Assembly: GCA_964016885.1 (NCBI GenBank)
Contig: OZ024747.1
Span: 17,546,001-17,610,000, forward strand
Source of the DNA: Eledone cirrhosa
Taxonomy: Eukaryota
Length of the DNA: 64,000 nt
Direction: 5' to 3'
The position numbers were made by a program, and so were the translations under genes. The notes under the pieces were generated by a model. That model saw only the letters and a program-made list of their open reading frames with translations. It made no database searches and was not told the origin of the DNA. Of the stretch, positions 41,886 through 57,126 are shown in pieces. Every line of letters begins with the position of its first letter. Position 1 is the stretch's first letter.

Positions 41886-43068
41886 CACGGGAGTGAAGAG
41901 TAGGTAATAGTTAAACTGCAAATATTACTGGTGGTTTGTGATAGACTGGCATTTTATATAAGTGTGAATCTAAGCATTTGCTCTTCCATAACCTCGTTAA
42001 TCTCAGAATATACAAAGTAGAGTAGAAGCTTGGTGTTACTGCTTATGCCGTTGTCACTGTTGCCGTTGTTGCTGTGATTGTTGTTGTTATTGATTAACCC
42101 TGAGTATACATTGATTGATTACATCTATGATCAAAGGTGTTAAAGTCGTGTTTATTCCGTTTTTCTTTTAAAGTCTATTTCTAACTTTATCACCCTGAAT
42201 ACATTGTGTACTATGTTTTAAACTGGTATGGTGTGATTAGAGGGATATCTGGCTATTTCTAAAATGTGCAGACCTACCTTGTTCTTGTGGGCAGATCAAA
42301 TGCATTGCAGACGCAGCCATAATATTTATGCTTATTTTCAGGGAACCCAGGACATCTTTATCTAATATCTTGTTATATACGACAGCATTGTCATGATTTG
42401 AAGGAGATTTGGTTGTTGTTTCTAGCAAGAAGCTAGACTTTTTTCTTGCTTATAGCTAGCTATATTGATAATATTCACCGTTACATTGTGTTACATTCTG
42501 CCTCGAGTCTTATTTCGCTATATTTCTATAAGTATTGTATATTATCTTTTCGTAAAAGTATAATCTTTTTTTTCTAGCTGGTTGAAGCGACATTGTTTGA
42601 ACGGGAATTTCCACGGCATTCACCCACACAGTCGTCATTGTAACCATTAGAAACACTACCACATGAACACTCCCAAGCAGTGACATATTAATTCAATACT
42701 TCAATAGGGCGGTGTGGGAATAGTCTTATAGAATAATCTCAGTTTCAATCTAAATCTTCATTCATCTTCATTTTAAAAAGATGTCATTATTTGGTATTTA
42801 ACTTTATTCTAACACCTACGGGCCACAAACGGAATTGTCTGCAAGATTTGGCAGACAATTTTGATTTGCTTTGTCTTATCTGTGTAACATTAAGCGAAGG
42901 ATTTTTATAGGTGAAAAGATTTATCTTTGTCACTTGAATATCAAATTGCTTCAATTGTATCAATATTTCCAAGAAATTGTATATCGTTTAGATATTCGAA
43001 GTAACATCTCCGATCGATAACTGATCTAATTTTCTATAACAATTATCATTTAAAGTTATATAAAATAT

Positions 43069-43122
<54 letters not shown>

Positions 43123-43273
43123 GTATATTTATTTCTATCTATGTATTTAGTTAACATTACACACACGCTCACATACATATACACACATATAGAAGGACAG
43201 AGAAAGTTAGATAGGCAGATAGACAGGCAGACACACAGACAGACAGTTATACAAATCGACAGACAGACAGACG

Positions 43274-43309
<36 letters not shown>

Positions 43310-43310
43310 T

Positions 43311-43970
43311 ATTTCTTTATTAGCCACAGGGGCACAAAAGAAGGGGACAAATACAAAGGGGGAAGTTTACATACAATAAAAACGTGTAAAATGTTATCAC
43401 AGATGGAATTTAAAAGTTAGTCGATTTTCCCCAATAGAGGGAGACAGTTTATATGGGTAACACATACCCCCGAAAAAAATGTGCAACCCTCATCTTCAGG
43501 AGTACGAAGAGCTTGTACTCCTTTCCTCTCCTCCTCCTTTTCCTCAATCTACAGGCTGATATAGAGAGAAGGCCCATTCACTCGGGCCATTCTCGCCACT
43601 TTCACCCACCTTTCATAAAACTTGCTGGGGTACAGCACCTCTCTCTCCATCCTGATTCTTCTTCCAAAGTGGTATTTGAAAAAAAGAATCAGTTGTTGGC
43701 CGGAGAGAAAGGTGTCTGACCTCAGCCCTTTCAACCTTGTCCACCATACAACCTCTTTCGCCATAGCTATCACACAAAGGAAAACCGCCGCTCCTTCGTT
43801 TTTGAAGGAGGGTGGCGGTTTGATCATGACAATGGACTCGGTGGTCAACTGGATTGGTCCCACCCGCGACAATAGTCGTTCTACATATCCCCACAGGTCA
43901 GTGACGCCCGGGCAGTGTATGAATGCGTGCGCGACGGTTTCTTCGTCTCGCACGCACCTCGGACAGATCT
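43311..43970 (-). mobile_element. 5'-truncated Tx1/L1-clade non-LTR retrotransposon inserted in (GATA)n
   Basis: Open frame 43549-43970 begins with the zinc knuckle CPRC-x8-H-x4-C followed by LW, and ends YERW; 3' UTR with AATAAA; (GATA)n on both flanks. Confidence 0.85.
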
Positions 43971-44271
43971 TAGATAGATAGATAGATAATATTGATATAT
44001 ATGCCATACCAATCCTGTATTTCAAAAACGAAATGCCTTCAACGTCATTACCTTGATTATTGACGGCACGGGTCCACTTGTAGACAAATAAATACTAAAC
44101 GAAGAATATTCAAATGATGCTATTAACTGAAATATGTATATCATTATGATGAATATCTCATGGCTTTTATTGATTAGTCTAAAGATTATTCAATGGAATG
44201 ATTTGATTAGATTCCAACTTATTAGACATTTTATTTAACTGCAATAATTATTGGTACAATGTCGTTATTAA

Positions 44272-44306
<35 letters not shown>

Positions 44307-45399
44307 TTTTTTTTTTTTTTTTATTATTAAATGAATTAACATTAATGATATTCTTATTCAATAGATATATGATTTTTTTCTTAATTCTGGCAACGACTAC
44401 TCGAAATACTTGGCATTTTTCCCGTCAAACTATAATGTGTCAAAATGGAACTTATGTTCGGAAGTGGTGTCGTAGGAAATAAGGCAGTCATGTTATGTGG
44501 ATATTGAACCTTGAAGCCCAGCTATATATACGTCAGGCTTCTGCAGTTACTGTCTAGGAAATTCTAATCAAGAAGTATTGGTCTATGATTGGTTAATACA
44601 GTGGTCTATGGTAGACGACACTTGTCTGAGATACGGTGCAGTAGGATTCAATTGAAAACCACATAGCTACAAAGTAATTTTTGTACCCACACAACTATGG
44701 ATGTGTCCCTAATAGATGGGGTATAAATATTAAAGATAAACAAACGGGAACCACCTGTATTTATCTCGTTCACGTTTATATTCGATCTACCGAAATTTTA
44801 TTCTTTGAAATCTCCTAATATACAGATAAATCTATATGAAAATTGTTTATATTTTTGGAATGTTATTTCATTTAATTTGATAAAGATTGATTGAGTTTAC
44901 TTTGAATGTGCATAAAATACATATGATAAAAATCAACATGTTAGAAGTTTTATATCAGCTTATTCGACATAGAGCTGTTAGATTTATGTAGATATGAAAG
45001 TGAAAGAAATCATATTTTCATTTTCATTAAAACAGTTATTTATAAATATAGATTAAGAAAATTTAAGAGCGTTAAGAGCGGAAACGTAAGAGCCTTAAAT
45101 GTTAATATGTATAAATAACCGACGAAATATTTCTTCAATAGTGTTGATTATGAACTTACTTAATGGTTAAGCTTGCATTAATAGCTTTCCGTTTATATCC
45201 AGAAATTAATTCTTATCAATAAAGTATGTTATCTTCTAAAGAACCACATATGCCTGAGATGATAAATGTAGGACTAAAGCCAACAACTGCATTCCTGCAT
45301 CCAGCAATGTAACTACAGACTTACTTCCCTTCTATTTTATTTTCCACCCGACATCCTTTCCTATAGAATACTTTATCTCCCCTATCCTTGAGATTTTGA

Positions 45400-45720
45400 T
45401 CCACGAATCTAATTTTTTTCCGATTTTTCCAGAATATATTTTCTTCTCCTTTAAATCGGGTAAAAGCCAATATGATACTTTAGTCAAAAGAGCTCTCGTC
45501 TCTAACCACACCCACAGTCACCTCACTGACAACTTTATCTGCATGTACACTAGTCTCATTTACTACATTACTTGTACTCTCTATAATACTCTACATAGAG
45601 ACAAATCGAGACGGCATTAGAGAGACCGCTTTCGGGTGCAGCAATATGATGGCACTAATTATATCCAGGCTATTTCAAAAGTTGTAGCAGGACATTCCAA
45701 TACTGAGCCACGCTACAGAA
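45400..45720 (+). pseudogene. Decayed Penelope-like GIY-YIG endonuclease coding relic
   Basis: SFKSGKSQYDTLVKRAL...NFICMYTSLIYYITCTLYNTLHRDKSRRH*RDRFRVQ resembles the PLE pattern SFKR.KNL.D.LV...FTC.S.N.IY.I.C..C...YIGET.R.L..RF.EH. Confidence 0.7.
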
Positions 45721-46088
45721 TTCTTCTTAGTATATAGATCCACCTTGTCTCGGAATAATCTTGCTGGCAACAACGATCACTCGTTCGTTTTCTAATACTA
45801 CCTTTCTTTCATCAGAACCTCTCTTCATCCTTTCCCTCCTTTAGAACTCTTATTTAAATCATATACAATTTCACAATGTTCATTTCTTAGCATTGTACAC
45901 CCGTATCTTTCACCTCTTTTTCTACAACCTTTATTTCCCTGTCTTTCATTTTTGTATCCAGTTGACGCTGTTTACCTACTCTTCATACACATCTCGTTTT
46001 TTGTTTCTTTTTATCAGGTACTTGTATTGGTGAGCTACATATGTGTCTGTATGAGAGTGTACTGCTTATGTGCTTATCATGGGCGAGT

Positions 46089-46120
<32 letters not shown>

Positions 46121-46509
46121 GGGGGGTGGGGGTAAGTGTGTGTGGGGGGGGGTCTGCATATATGTGGATATGTGTGTGCGTGTATATATATATATACGTG
46201 TATATGAAACACATTTAAATTTTGAAGAACAACACAATGCGTATAAATTACAACGATTACAAACTCTGTTATATATATCTGTGTGTATGTGTGTGTATGT
46301 GTGTGTGTGCGTGCGTGCGTGCGTGTGTGTGTGTGCGTGTGTAATATTTTATGTTGTTTTCAAATTCTGTCGTGGTTGATTAACTTTAACTTTCAGTTTC
46401 AGTAATATACTGTCAACGCTTAAACAAACGATATAACTCGTACAGAGCGGGATCTTCTACTTCAATAAGAAAGGCCTGTAAAACAGTCTATTATTATAAC
46501 GGTTGATCA

Positions 46510-47295
46510 GGCGGTGAATTGGCACAGTTGTTAGGGTATCAAACAAATTCTTAACTGTATTTGATCCGTTATTTTTTTCTTTTTCTGAGTTCAAATCCTG
46601 CGGAGGACAGCTTTGTTTTTCATTATTCCTAGGCCGATAAAATACGTACCAATCAAGTATTGGGATCGATTTAATCGACTTTCCGTTCCACTAAAATTCT
46701 TGGCATTGTGCCTGAATCAGAAACTATTATTATTAATACTTTGACGCATAGAGTTACGGCCCTTGCCATTCTGAGTTCAAATCCCGCCGAGGTTAACTTT
46801 GCCTTTCATCTTTACGGGGTCGATAAAATAAAGTACCAGTAATGTACTGGTAATTGCTGGCCTTGTGCCTAACGTAGAAACAATTATTATTAATGTCGTT
46901 AGAGCTTCGGACAAATGCGTATTTGATCCATTTTCTGTTTTACGTTCTGAGTTAAAATCTCGCAGAGATCAACTTTCTTCCTTTCAGGGTCAATAAAATA
47001 AGGCACCGGTTCATTTGTGGAGCCGATTTAATCAATTTTCTTCTCTCAAAATTTACTGGGCTTGTGCCCAAAGTACGAATCATTATTATTTGGTGGATTA
47101 GCAGTAGCAGAGGAACGCTGGACAAAATGCCTTCTGGTGTTTAGTTATAGGCCTTTACCTCCTGAGTTAAAACACCGAGAACAACGTTGTCTTTCATCCT
47201 GAGGTCAATACAATAAACTACCATTCTCGTACTGGGGTTGAAGAGGTCGGGTTTCACTTCCCGCCGAAATTCCTGGTCTTGCACCGAACGTAGCT
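46510..47295 (+). mobile_element. Four head-to-tail family-1 SINE copies of different ages
   Basis: Four ctgagtt(c/a)aaa B-box segments at about 46585, 46771, 46946 and 47162, separated by (ATT)n tails. Confidence 0.85.
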
Positions 47296-47749
47296 ACTAC
47301 TCTTATCAAATTTTAGCGTCGTAGTTAAAACAATAAAAAATATGTAAAATGTTTATATTAGATTTCTTTTTTGTGTAAGAAATGTGCAATTTTTGAGCGA
47401 AGTTCAAATCAAAGCCTTATTAACTTTCAGTAATCTTGTTGAAACTCTGAGACTGACATAATTCAATCTCGTTACTTAATGTATAACAAAACATCAAAGG
47501 AATCCTAATTATGTTTATTTTATTTAAAATTACACTATTAAGCTTAAAGATGATACGAAAACACTTTTCATCCAACACTTTCATCCTCAAGAATCTTCTA
47601 CTCAAATGAAACAAAAACAATTCCTTTCCACGGTTAATAGAGCTTTATAGCATTTCTGAATTATATTTCACGGTTATTATTTTAAATATTATTCATTTAT
47701 AGACTTCCATACTTTCACATAATATGAAAGGGGTGTTATTATTACCGCT

Positions 47750-48190
47750 GATAGAGGGAGCCGGACACCCTTTTTTGCAACATAGAGTTAGGCCCTTTAC
47801 GTTCTGAGTTCAAATCCTGCCGAGGTTAGCTTTGCCTTTCATCATTACGGGGTCAATAAAATAAAGCACCAGTAATGTACTGGGGTCGATTTGATCGGCT
47901 TTCCTCTCCCCTTCAGATTGCTGGCCTTGTGCCTAAAGTAGAAACAATTATTACCTGATATAGAGAGCAGTGGATTAGCAGAGTCGGTAGAGCATCGAAC
48001 AAATGATTCTATGTATTTCTTCTGGTGCTTTACGATCTGTGTTCAAATGTAACCAAGGTCAAATTTTGCCTTTCACCATTCTAGAATCTATAAAATATAG
48101 TACCAATTATCTACTTGGATTGATATAAACAACTTTCCCCTCTCCACAAATGTCTGGACATTACTTGTGCCTCCATTAGAAATCATTATT
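47750..48190 (+). mobile_element. Two tandem family-1 SINE copies
   Basis: Conserved body at 47800-47952 and a degenerate copy at 47968-48190. Confidence 0.85.
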
Positions 48191-51100
48191 ATCGCTGATA
48201 GTGAGGTATAATAATTAACGCATAATCTAAACAGTTAGTAAAGAATGCAATATTACAGACGTTAAATCCCGACTATGTCTGCAGACATCTCTATTTATAC
48301 AACGGTGCTAACATTTACTGCTGAGCGGTATGATGCAAGCTGACGCTGAAAATAAAAGTGCGCATCGTAACGTGTTGAATACGGTGGAGAATTCGTGATT
48401 TAAATAGATTGGAGAAAAAATCAATATAGGTTGCTTCATTTTGAACACATTTGGTGATGTATGTCAACTGTTACTGTGGCTTTAGGCTTTCTCACGAAAC
48501 TGCATGTTGCCATAGTTTTGTAATATCATCAAATAGATTAACATACATAACACTACTTCACTATAATCCAAAACATGAGGATTCGTTCAAATGAAATAAA
48601 ACAAATACTGAATATTTTATCAATACGACTCTCTTTCCTATCAATTCATCTTAATCTGCTGATACTTACTAAAATACTACAGAAACCATGCCTCAGATCC
48701 TTCTAAATTTATCAACACATATCTCCAATGTAACTACAATCTTTATGGGAAACACTTCCCACTGGTGACGGATTTTCGAATGCATAGAATTAAATATGCA
48801 TCATTATATCAAAGAAGGATTTTCCCCCTATCGCACGTATGCTTGTGTTCTTCTTCATATTCAGAAATATCCTATAATCTTGTTTGCCACGGTAGATTTT
48901 CAAGAATAGATGTTAATTCAGTATGCAGCATTGCTAATCTGTCTACTTTGTGATTATGCTGCTATATCAATGTCCCTAAAGGTGAGTACAATTATTCAAT
49001 ATATAAGACCTTATATCCTTTCTCTAACACCAGGTCTGACTCCAGAGCGCTTCAGTTGATGAAAATGTATGACACTTTGCTTTGATACCTTGATATGCAG
49101 GAACATCTCTAAATGATTTATCCTATTCTATATAACCCATGTATTATTTCCATGTACATGTCACAAAGCTTTCTTGATATATCTCTACGAAGTTCAGAGA
49201 TTGATTTCTCTTAAACATTACATCACCATACACAGATAGATCAACTATGAAGTTTAATATATAATTTAGATTTCTGCATATTTACATACATATATATTAT
49301 AATATATCTAAAGAGATAATTTCAGATTCAGAAAATTCGGTAAGGTTTGGATATTATGATTAGATTTTATACATGTTAAAAATTTCCCTACTACATGAGC
49401 TGAAGTTGCATTAAATATTCACGATATTATAACAGCACAGGAGAAACTAAAATATTCTTTAATAGAGGCGAACTTTTTAGCGTTACATTTATTAATAATT
49501 ATTGATTTCTAATTAAGGTAAAGCTAGAATTTGAGGGAGACTTTAAATATTAAGTTACATTCAAGTCTTTCCAAATGATATAATTGGCATTCATAAAGCG
49601 GATTGATTTCAATCAGGTGATGTTGAAAATCTCTTGAACACATGACTCATCCAGTTTTCTTTCTTGTACTGCAATGCACAAAATCATTCATATTAAAAAC
49701 AATTCGTGGCGTATTTGCGAGAACAACATAAAATATACGATATGATTTGTGTTATGGGCAAGTTTTATTATGCTTAGATTATTTAAGGAAATAATTAATG
49801 TTAATAATACATCATAAGGAAATAATACATTTAAGGAAATAATTAATGCAGAATAATACATTAAGTCTACTGAGGGTTGTTAAGAATATAGGCTGAAAGT
49901 AGAATTGTTCATGAGGGTCACTGATATGCCCATGTCTAAAATAATTGAGTTCCATCCAGTTTAATCTGGCTATCTGCCAAGCAATTAGCACATGAAGATA
50001 CAACGTCTCTCGATGAAGAAGCGCATTATAGAAATGAATAAATAATTTGCTAGTATGATGTGTTCATTTCAGGTTTACATAGAGTGTTGGAGAAACTGAA
50101 ATGACACTATTCTAGTGTATTCTACCACCGATCAGTGGAATACTCGCATGAATCGTTCAACATGTAGTTTAAAGCAGTGAGAAACAACAAAATGCGACAC
50201 TATGATATAAGATGCAAACTTAGATATATATTTTCAGCAATTCTGAGTGAAATTTCCAGAATCTATAACAGGAACGCAGAAATAGCAGCAAAACCTGCTA
50301 CGGTCTTAATAAGAAAAGGGACATTGGACAAGGTGATGTTTCCTTGATATAAAAAATGACGGCATTATCTCGTCTGGAACTCGTTTGAGCATCAATCTAC
50401 TAGGTTAGGACTGATATGGGTCTATACATCAACAGCAACAATAGCCCAATGTAATAATGTAACAGTAGAAAACCATTTCCAAATGTAAATCCAAAGGCAA
50501 ATTCCTTAGTAGAGAATTATTTTCTCAATTTTGTATACAGGCACACTTATATAAAGGAAGCATGCTGTTCCTTTAAGTTGGCATGTGTCTTAGGAAGGAG
50601 TATTAAATCGACCTCACTATATGTTTATATATTGCGTTTATTAAAGATTATGTCAGCCAAAGTGAGCTTAAAACGCAAAGCAGCAATGAAGTAACATTTT
50701 CCATAAAGCATTATCTCTTGGATTATATTGCCTTGTCTATTTCTACCATCACTTCATCTATATCATTGTCATTATGTTTGTCTAAAATTCATACAACCTA
50801 TATTTGCGAAAGAGAAAACTTAAACCAGACATGTTTGTTATTTGCAACTATTGGACAAGGGTAAAACCAAAAAGCAAATCAATAAAGAAAGATAAGTTAT
50901 GAGGAAATATGGAAAAACATAAGACTTGAAAATTATCTACACCCTAAATATGTTTCACATAAAAGTATATTTGTCGAGTAAACCCACAAATAAGAGAGCT
51001 TAAGTTTCAATCCAGCTTGTAAGTAATCATGCAAGAAATAACCTATCAACTATACTATTTCAAAGACCCTTAATATGTTACATTCCCAAATTTTCTATTA

Positions 51101-51702
51101 TGAATCTTTTCATATGAATAAATAACAGCATCCAAACTATTCAATTGAAGTATAGTCTATCATAAGCCAATGAAAACAATTTGCACTTACGGCCAATAAT
51201 ACTGCTGTTAAATTCTCCTTAATCTAAAATTTTGCAGGTTACTTTATTAACGCTTGCATAAGTTTTTTTCCTTCGTTCCTAAATCTGTACATCCTCTTAT
51301 ATTTCCAAATGGTTTGCTCGCATTTAAATTACTTTCTCTGTTAAGATTAGATAAGGCGATATATTAATGCATTCAAGTGATAAAGTGGATGGAATCGTTG
51401 GCAATATTTTATACAGTCTCTTAACCGAACCACATAATGGAATTCTGACATTACCTTAGTTTAGCGATACATATTCTGTTCTAGAACCAATTTACATTAT
51501 TATACACATAATTCTTTTATCGATTATTTTGAGAGTTATAAAGCTTCTGAAGTTAAGGTAACTCTTTTGACTCACTACAAGCTCATAGAATATGTTTCAG
51601 TATTCTATTGGTATAAACAAATCTCTTAGAAACATATTATGTCATTCACTTCAAAGTTTGGCTTGAATTCAAAATAAAATACGATATGTATATATATATA
51701 TC

Positions 51703-51754
<52 letters not shown>

Positions 51755-51759
51755 GGCTG

Positions 51760-51900
51760 AGAATTCCACATACGCGTGATCCTTTAATGTAGATCTCAGT
51801 ACGATTCTGTGTGACTGACAAGGCTGGCCCTTTCAAGTACAGGTACCACTCATTTTGCCAACTGGATAGACTGGCGCAACGTGAAACAAAGTGAAATAAA
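51760..51900 (-). mobile_element. Family-2-related SINE 3' fragment
   Basis: caactggatagactggcgcaacgtgaaa resembles the family-2 core cagctgagtaaactggagcaacgtgaaa. Confidence 0.55.
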
Positions 51901-53204
51901 GCTCGAGGTTACAATAACAATTACAGAGTCTCTAGATACTCAAAGATTCTGATAGAAACAGCAACCAAATGATATTTTACTGTCTTCAAAGGGAAAGGAA
52001 ATATTAGATAGTAACTAAGCACTCCTAATATATAAGATTTCAGACCCAGGATGCATATGAACATAAATATACTCGATTAGGTTGATATGGAATTAAATGA
52101 AAATAACAGCTTTGTTTATTCATAATTATATTCATAATTATATTATTACAGTGATATACTTGTATATTTTATAATATATCTTTCCTTAATGCTTTTATGT
52201 ACATACGAATTTTCGGGAAATAGTTAAACACTATTCTCATGACTAAGAATTGTGATGCGATCTCAGGCAGCAAAAACATAAACGACACATATATTGGCCA
52301 ACTCATTCAATATCCATGTAATGAGATATTAAAAGTCTAAACACTACCTACAATATGCCACTCGTTAAATTGTAGCTTTACAGAATATTTACTACCGCGT
52401 CGCTAATGATGTTAACTTTTCATTAAAAATTAATTCAGTAGGAATATCAACACAGTCGTATCGTTGGTTGGTAAAAAGAAACTCGAGATGTAAGATGTAA
52501 GATTCTTAACTATTCTACTTATAGATCTACAAACCACGTGCAATAAATTGACATCACACTCTATATAGACAGCAGGAAATTCCGCTCTAGTGAAACAGGT
52601 ATCACAATAGACTTAGACTTATAAAGAATCTAGGCAACTCCAAAAACTAAATAAGAAAGGATTTAGGGAAGAAAGCTTTATATATATTAACGGTTTGTGT
52701 GTTTTGTGATCCAAATTGGTGTGCAGGAAATCGTCCTTCATTGTTTATATAGCTACAATCAGTGTACACAGATAAAACGTATTTCTGTAAAGTATTGGGT
52801 CATTGGATATCTAACAGGTATTAATTTGTTGTTTTCCCGTCCATATTACCAGCATAAGCGTTGCATTTCTGCTTAACCAATTCTATCATCAGTACGCCCA
52901 CGATTCCTTGATATAAAAGGGATACTGAACAAGTCATGGAAAAGTAAATACTTCACAGTTAACTGAAAATGGTAGAGTGGGATGTATCGTAAATATTTTA
53001 TATACCATTGAAAAGATCTCACTGTAAATAAGATAAATGTTACTGATACCATTGAACTGGAATAGTGAAAATATATTACGTATTATTATAAATACGGGCT
53101 GAAATATCCTTTTATTGGTTGGTTTGTATACAATTTAAAAGCTACCATTAAAGACGGGAAATAACATCTACATGCAATATATATGCATGAATACATACAG
53201 AAAT

Positions 53205-53261
<57 letters not shown>

Positions 53262-53301
53262 TACATACATACATACATACATACATACATACATACATAC
53301 A

Positions 53302-53398
<97 letters not shown>

Positions 53399-55762
53399 GT
53401 GTATTGTTATACATCTTTCACTCAAACGTATTCTCAATAACAATGGTACACATTAACAAATGGATCTGATTGTTTGAATGACTGCGTGGTAGTTCGTTTA
53501 GCATCTTCCGAAGTGATGACTCTCTCAATAGGTAGAATAATCATGTATTCAACCATATGTAACAACTTTTCAATATATTTCCGATTTCTACTTTTTAGTC
53601 CGTGTCCATGCATGATGTCGCTATATTTAATCACACTCTTCTTTGCATATGCAATTGAAAAACACAAGGATAATTCTAGATGATGGAAAGAAAGTTCCAT
53701 TAGTTATGTTCGTATAAACTATGGCATTTCTTAGTGACATTTTCACATTAATAAAACCGGAAAATATGTCTATGACAATATAACGCCACAAGAGTAATAT
53801 AGATTAAAAGGAACTTAGTTCCGTTAGTACCATTAGAAACGGAAACGCACCGAACAAAATGCCTCCGAGCTATGTTTCTAAAGTGAACATTGAGGATTGC
53901 AACTGCTTAAGGAAATTATTATTGAAGCTGATATTGGCTAAACTTTGTGCCTTTAAAACTGTGTAAGTATCTACTATAATGCTGTCTGACTCTAATAGCC
54001 TGGAGATGCTGGAAAGCTGGGATCACAAAAGTGAAGTTGTAGAGTCACAGTTATAGAAGGTCTAACATTTTTTGTGTTCACTACCTCGCAGCATTTTTTG
54101 TTCTTTCGTCTGCCTTTGCGTTCATGTTACAACAAGGTTTAGTCTTAAAATATATTTTTCACCCTGCTGGCTTAATGAAATAAGTAGCAATATAATGAAT
54201 GTATATATTCGCTCGTCTAACCACAAATCTAATCAAATCTTATTCAAATGCTTTGCAGATATTTAACATATTTTATTGCTAAGAGTGATGAGAACTATAG
54301 TAGATATTATGTTATGAGTGGCGTTTCAATTTCTGCTTTTACTTTACTATAATTTCTAGTGCTCTTCACAAACAGAATGACAATTACGATTCTCATTGTC
54401 TTCTCTCAAACTATTTTAATTGATTTATTCACCCATTTCAAGAGTGTAACGTACTACAGGACATCAAGTACTGACGCCCCATATAATTATGTCGCTAGAG
54501 TGTTCAATTATATATTTATATTTACGTTCTAATTTCCCGAGTCTATCCACTATAGCTAAACTCGTCCATAAATTTATTTTCCCATCTTATTACCGTTCTT
54601 TCAATAACAGCTATCTGTGTAGCCTCCGGTTCTACTAATACCCATTAGTCCTCCCTTCTTTCTCCTTATATATTTATATATTTATATATTTATACTAGTT
54701 TAAAATATTTGACTTATGTAATCCTTTCTTCATTTGATACTGGTGGGCATATTTTAAAAGGTTAAAACCATTAATCCATCAGTTCAGATACTTTTATTTT
54801 AAATCTACAAACGAATAATTTAGTGATCTAACTACTCAAGGGATTTGCCACTAAACAATCAGTTGTAGTTTAGCCAAGCATCCGAAATACTCATATAGTT
54901 TTCATTTGTTCTTATAACGTCAATCAACTAACAACGCTAACAATAGCAGTCACTTAGATTATATTTGTCCATTCCACCAGTTTACCTACTTATTTTCCCC
55001 CATCCAGTTGTGTTTTTAGGCGGCGAATTGGCACAATCGATTGAACGTCGGAATATTTTCGAGTTTGATAGAAAAAAATTCCATATTAAGAAAGAGATAT
55101 AAATGACGATTCTATGATTTTTCCTTTATATCTCTTTCTGGTTTCCGTTCTCTTTTCAGAAAGAAACGGATTGTCATTCAGACAAGGAGGTGTGGGCTCC
55201 GCCAGAGTTAAAGTTCACGTATGTCAAGATGCTGTACCTACGATTCCATTAGGATTTACGGGTCCGTACATACATGTATTTCTATATTCAGTTCTCAGTC
55301 AGGGAATCTTGAGATCGATCCCACTGTGTGATATCTTGTGTAAGTGACTTTAACTTAATCTTGAGTCGACCTATACTTTGTGAGTAAGACAGGATAGGCG
55401 GAAACTGCAGAAATTCGTCGAGTGAATTGTACCGTTAATTCAAAGGTCCATAATGTATTGGGTCGACATGGCTTAGGAATAACGTTAAAGTTACTCGTGT
55501 CTGTGAAAGATTCAACCATTTAAACATTAATTCATGAGTCAAACGTCCGATAGCATATAATCTTTCTCGTGGAGTTGTATATTTTTCGATGTATATTTTG
55601 AGGTTTGAAATCTTATGACTACGACCCAATATACGCTATGCTTCTAAACAAAATGTCTGCCATTTGGCACAAGCGAATTAAATATTTGGCAAATTTGTCT
55701 GTCTAGCTTTCTATATTTTATTTTTATTTCTGTTTGTCCATCTCTCGTAGTCTCTCAGTTTT

Positions 55763-55804
<42 letters not shown>

Positions 55805-55824
55805 TCTCTCTCTCTCTCTTCTTT

Positions 55825-55868
<44 letters not shown>

Positions 55869-56793
55869 ACTATTCTTTTCACTCACTCACTTTCCTTTTC
55901 TCTCTCGCTCTCTCTCTCTCTCTCTCTCACACACTTTCCTTTTCTCTCTCTGCGCCCCCCCCCCCATTACTGTTCCATATTTCATATAAGAGTATATTTT
56001 AATGATTATTCGAGTTATATCTTTGATCCAATTCGTAGATTTCAAATGTTGATATGCATCAGCTAATTAGAGCCTAATTGTAACACTAGACAAGAAGATT
56101 TAATAACAAGAAAAGCGCATTGGGAATTCAGGTAAAGAAAGATTGACATATAGATAGAGAAGAAAGAATGGTAATAAGGAAATATAAAATAGAGACGAAA
56201 GATAGCGAAGAAAATACTGGTCGTATGTTATAATTGTGGATTCTTCGTCAATTTCGACGATGAGTTTTCAGTTTGTTTGTTTTTTCAATTAAGTGTCCAA
56301 CTCATGAATGAATGTGTAAATGGTTGAGTATTCCCAAGTTTAATCCGCATGACACAATATATGATAAGGTTGGCCATTTATGTTACAAGTATCGATACAA
56401 TCGATCCGATAGGCTTCCAAACAGTTTCCATCAAACAGATTTCATTCACATGACTAGAGTTGACTCTGTGTTATATTAAAGATACTTGCTTAAGAGACTA
56501 AGCAATAGGACGAAACTTTCTCTCATGATTGCGAATAAACATCTTAACCATTCATTTAAATATGTGACCTATGTGATATGTAGATAGAAAGAAGAGAGTG
56601 GTTTAATAATAAATATGCTTAGAATAGTATATCTATTGGATAACGTCCTACATGATACGTAGAAAAGGATGAACGGATATATGAGATAATACGTATATAT
56701 ATACACGTACACACACAGATATATATTTTTGTGTGTGAGTTTGTGTGTGTGTGTGTGTGAGTGTGTGTGTGTGTGAGTATGAGTGTGAGTATG

Positions 56794-56917
<124 letters not shown>

Positions 56918-57088
56918 TGTGTGTATGTGTGCGTGTCTGTGTGTGTGCGTACTCATTTATTATGGCTCACTGCTGATCTTTGTTATCTGCAATTTCACCA
57001 GCGCACTGACAGAATCATCAATTGATCATGTGTGAGCGCAGGTGAAACTTCAGAGTAACCAATCTCACTACTTAATCATTATAAATGA

Positions 57089-57126
<38 letters not shown>

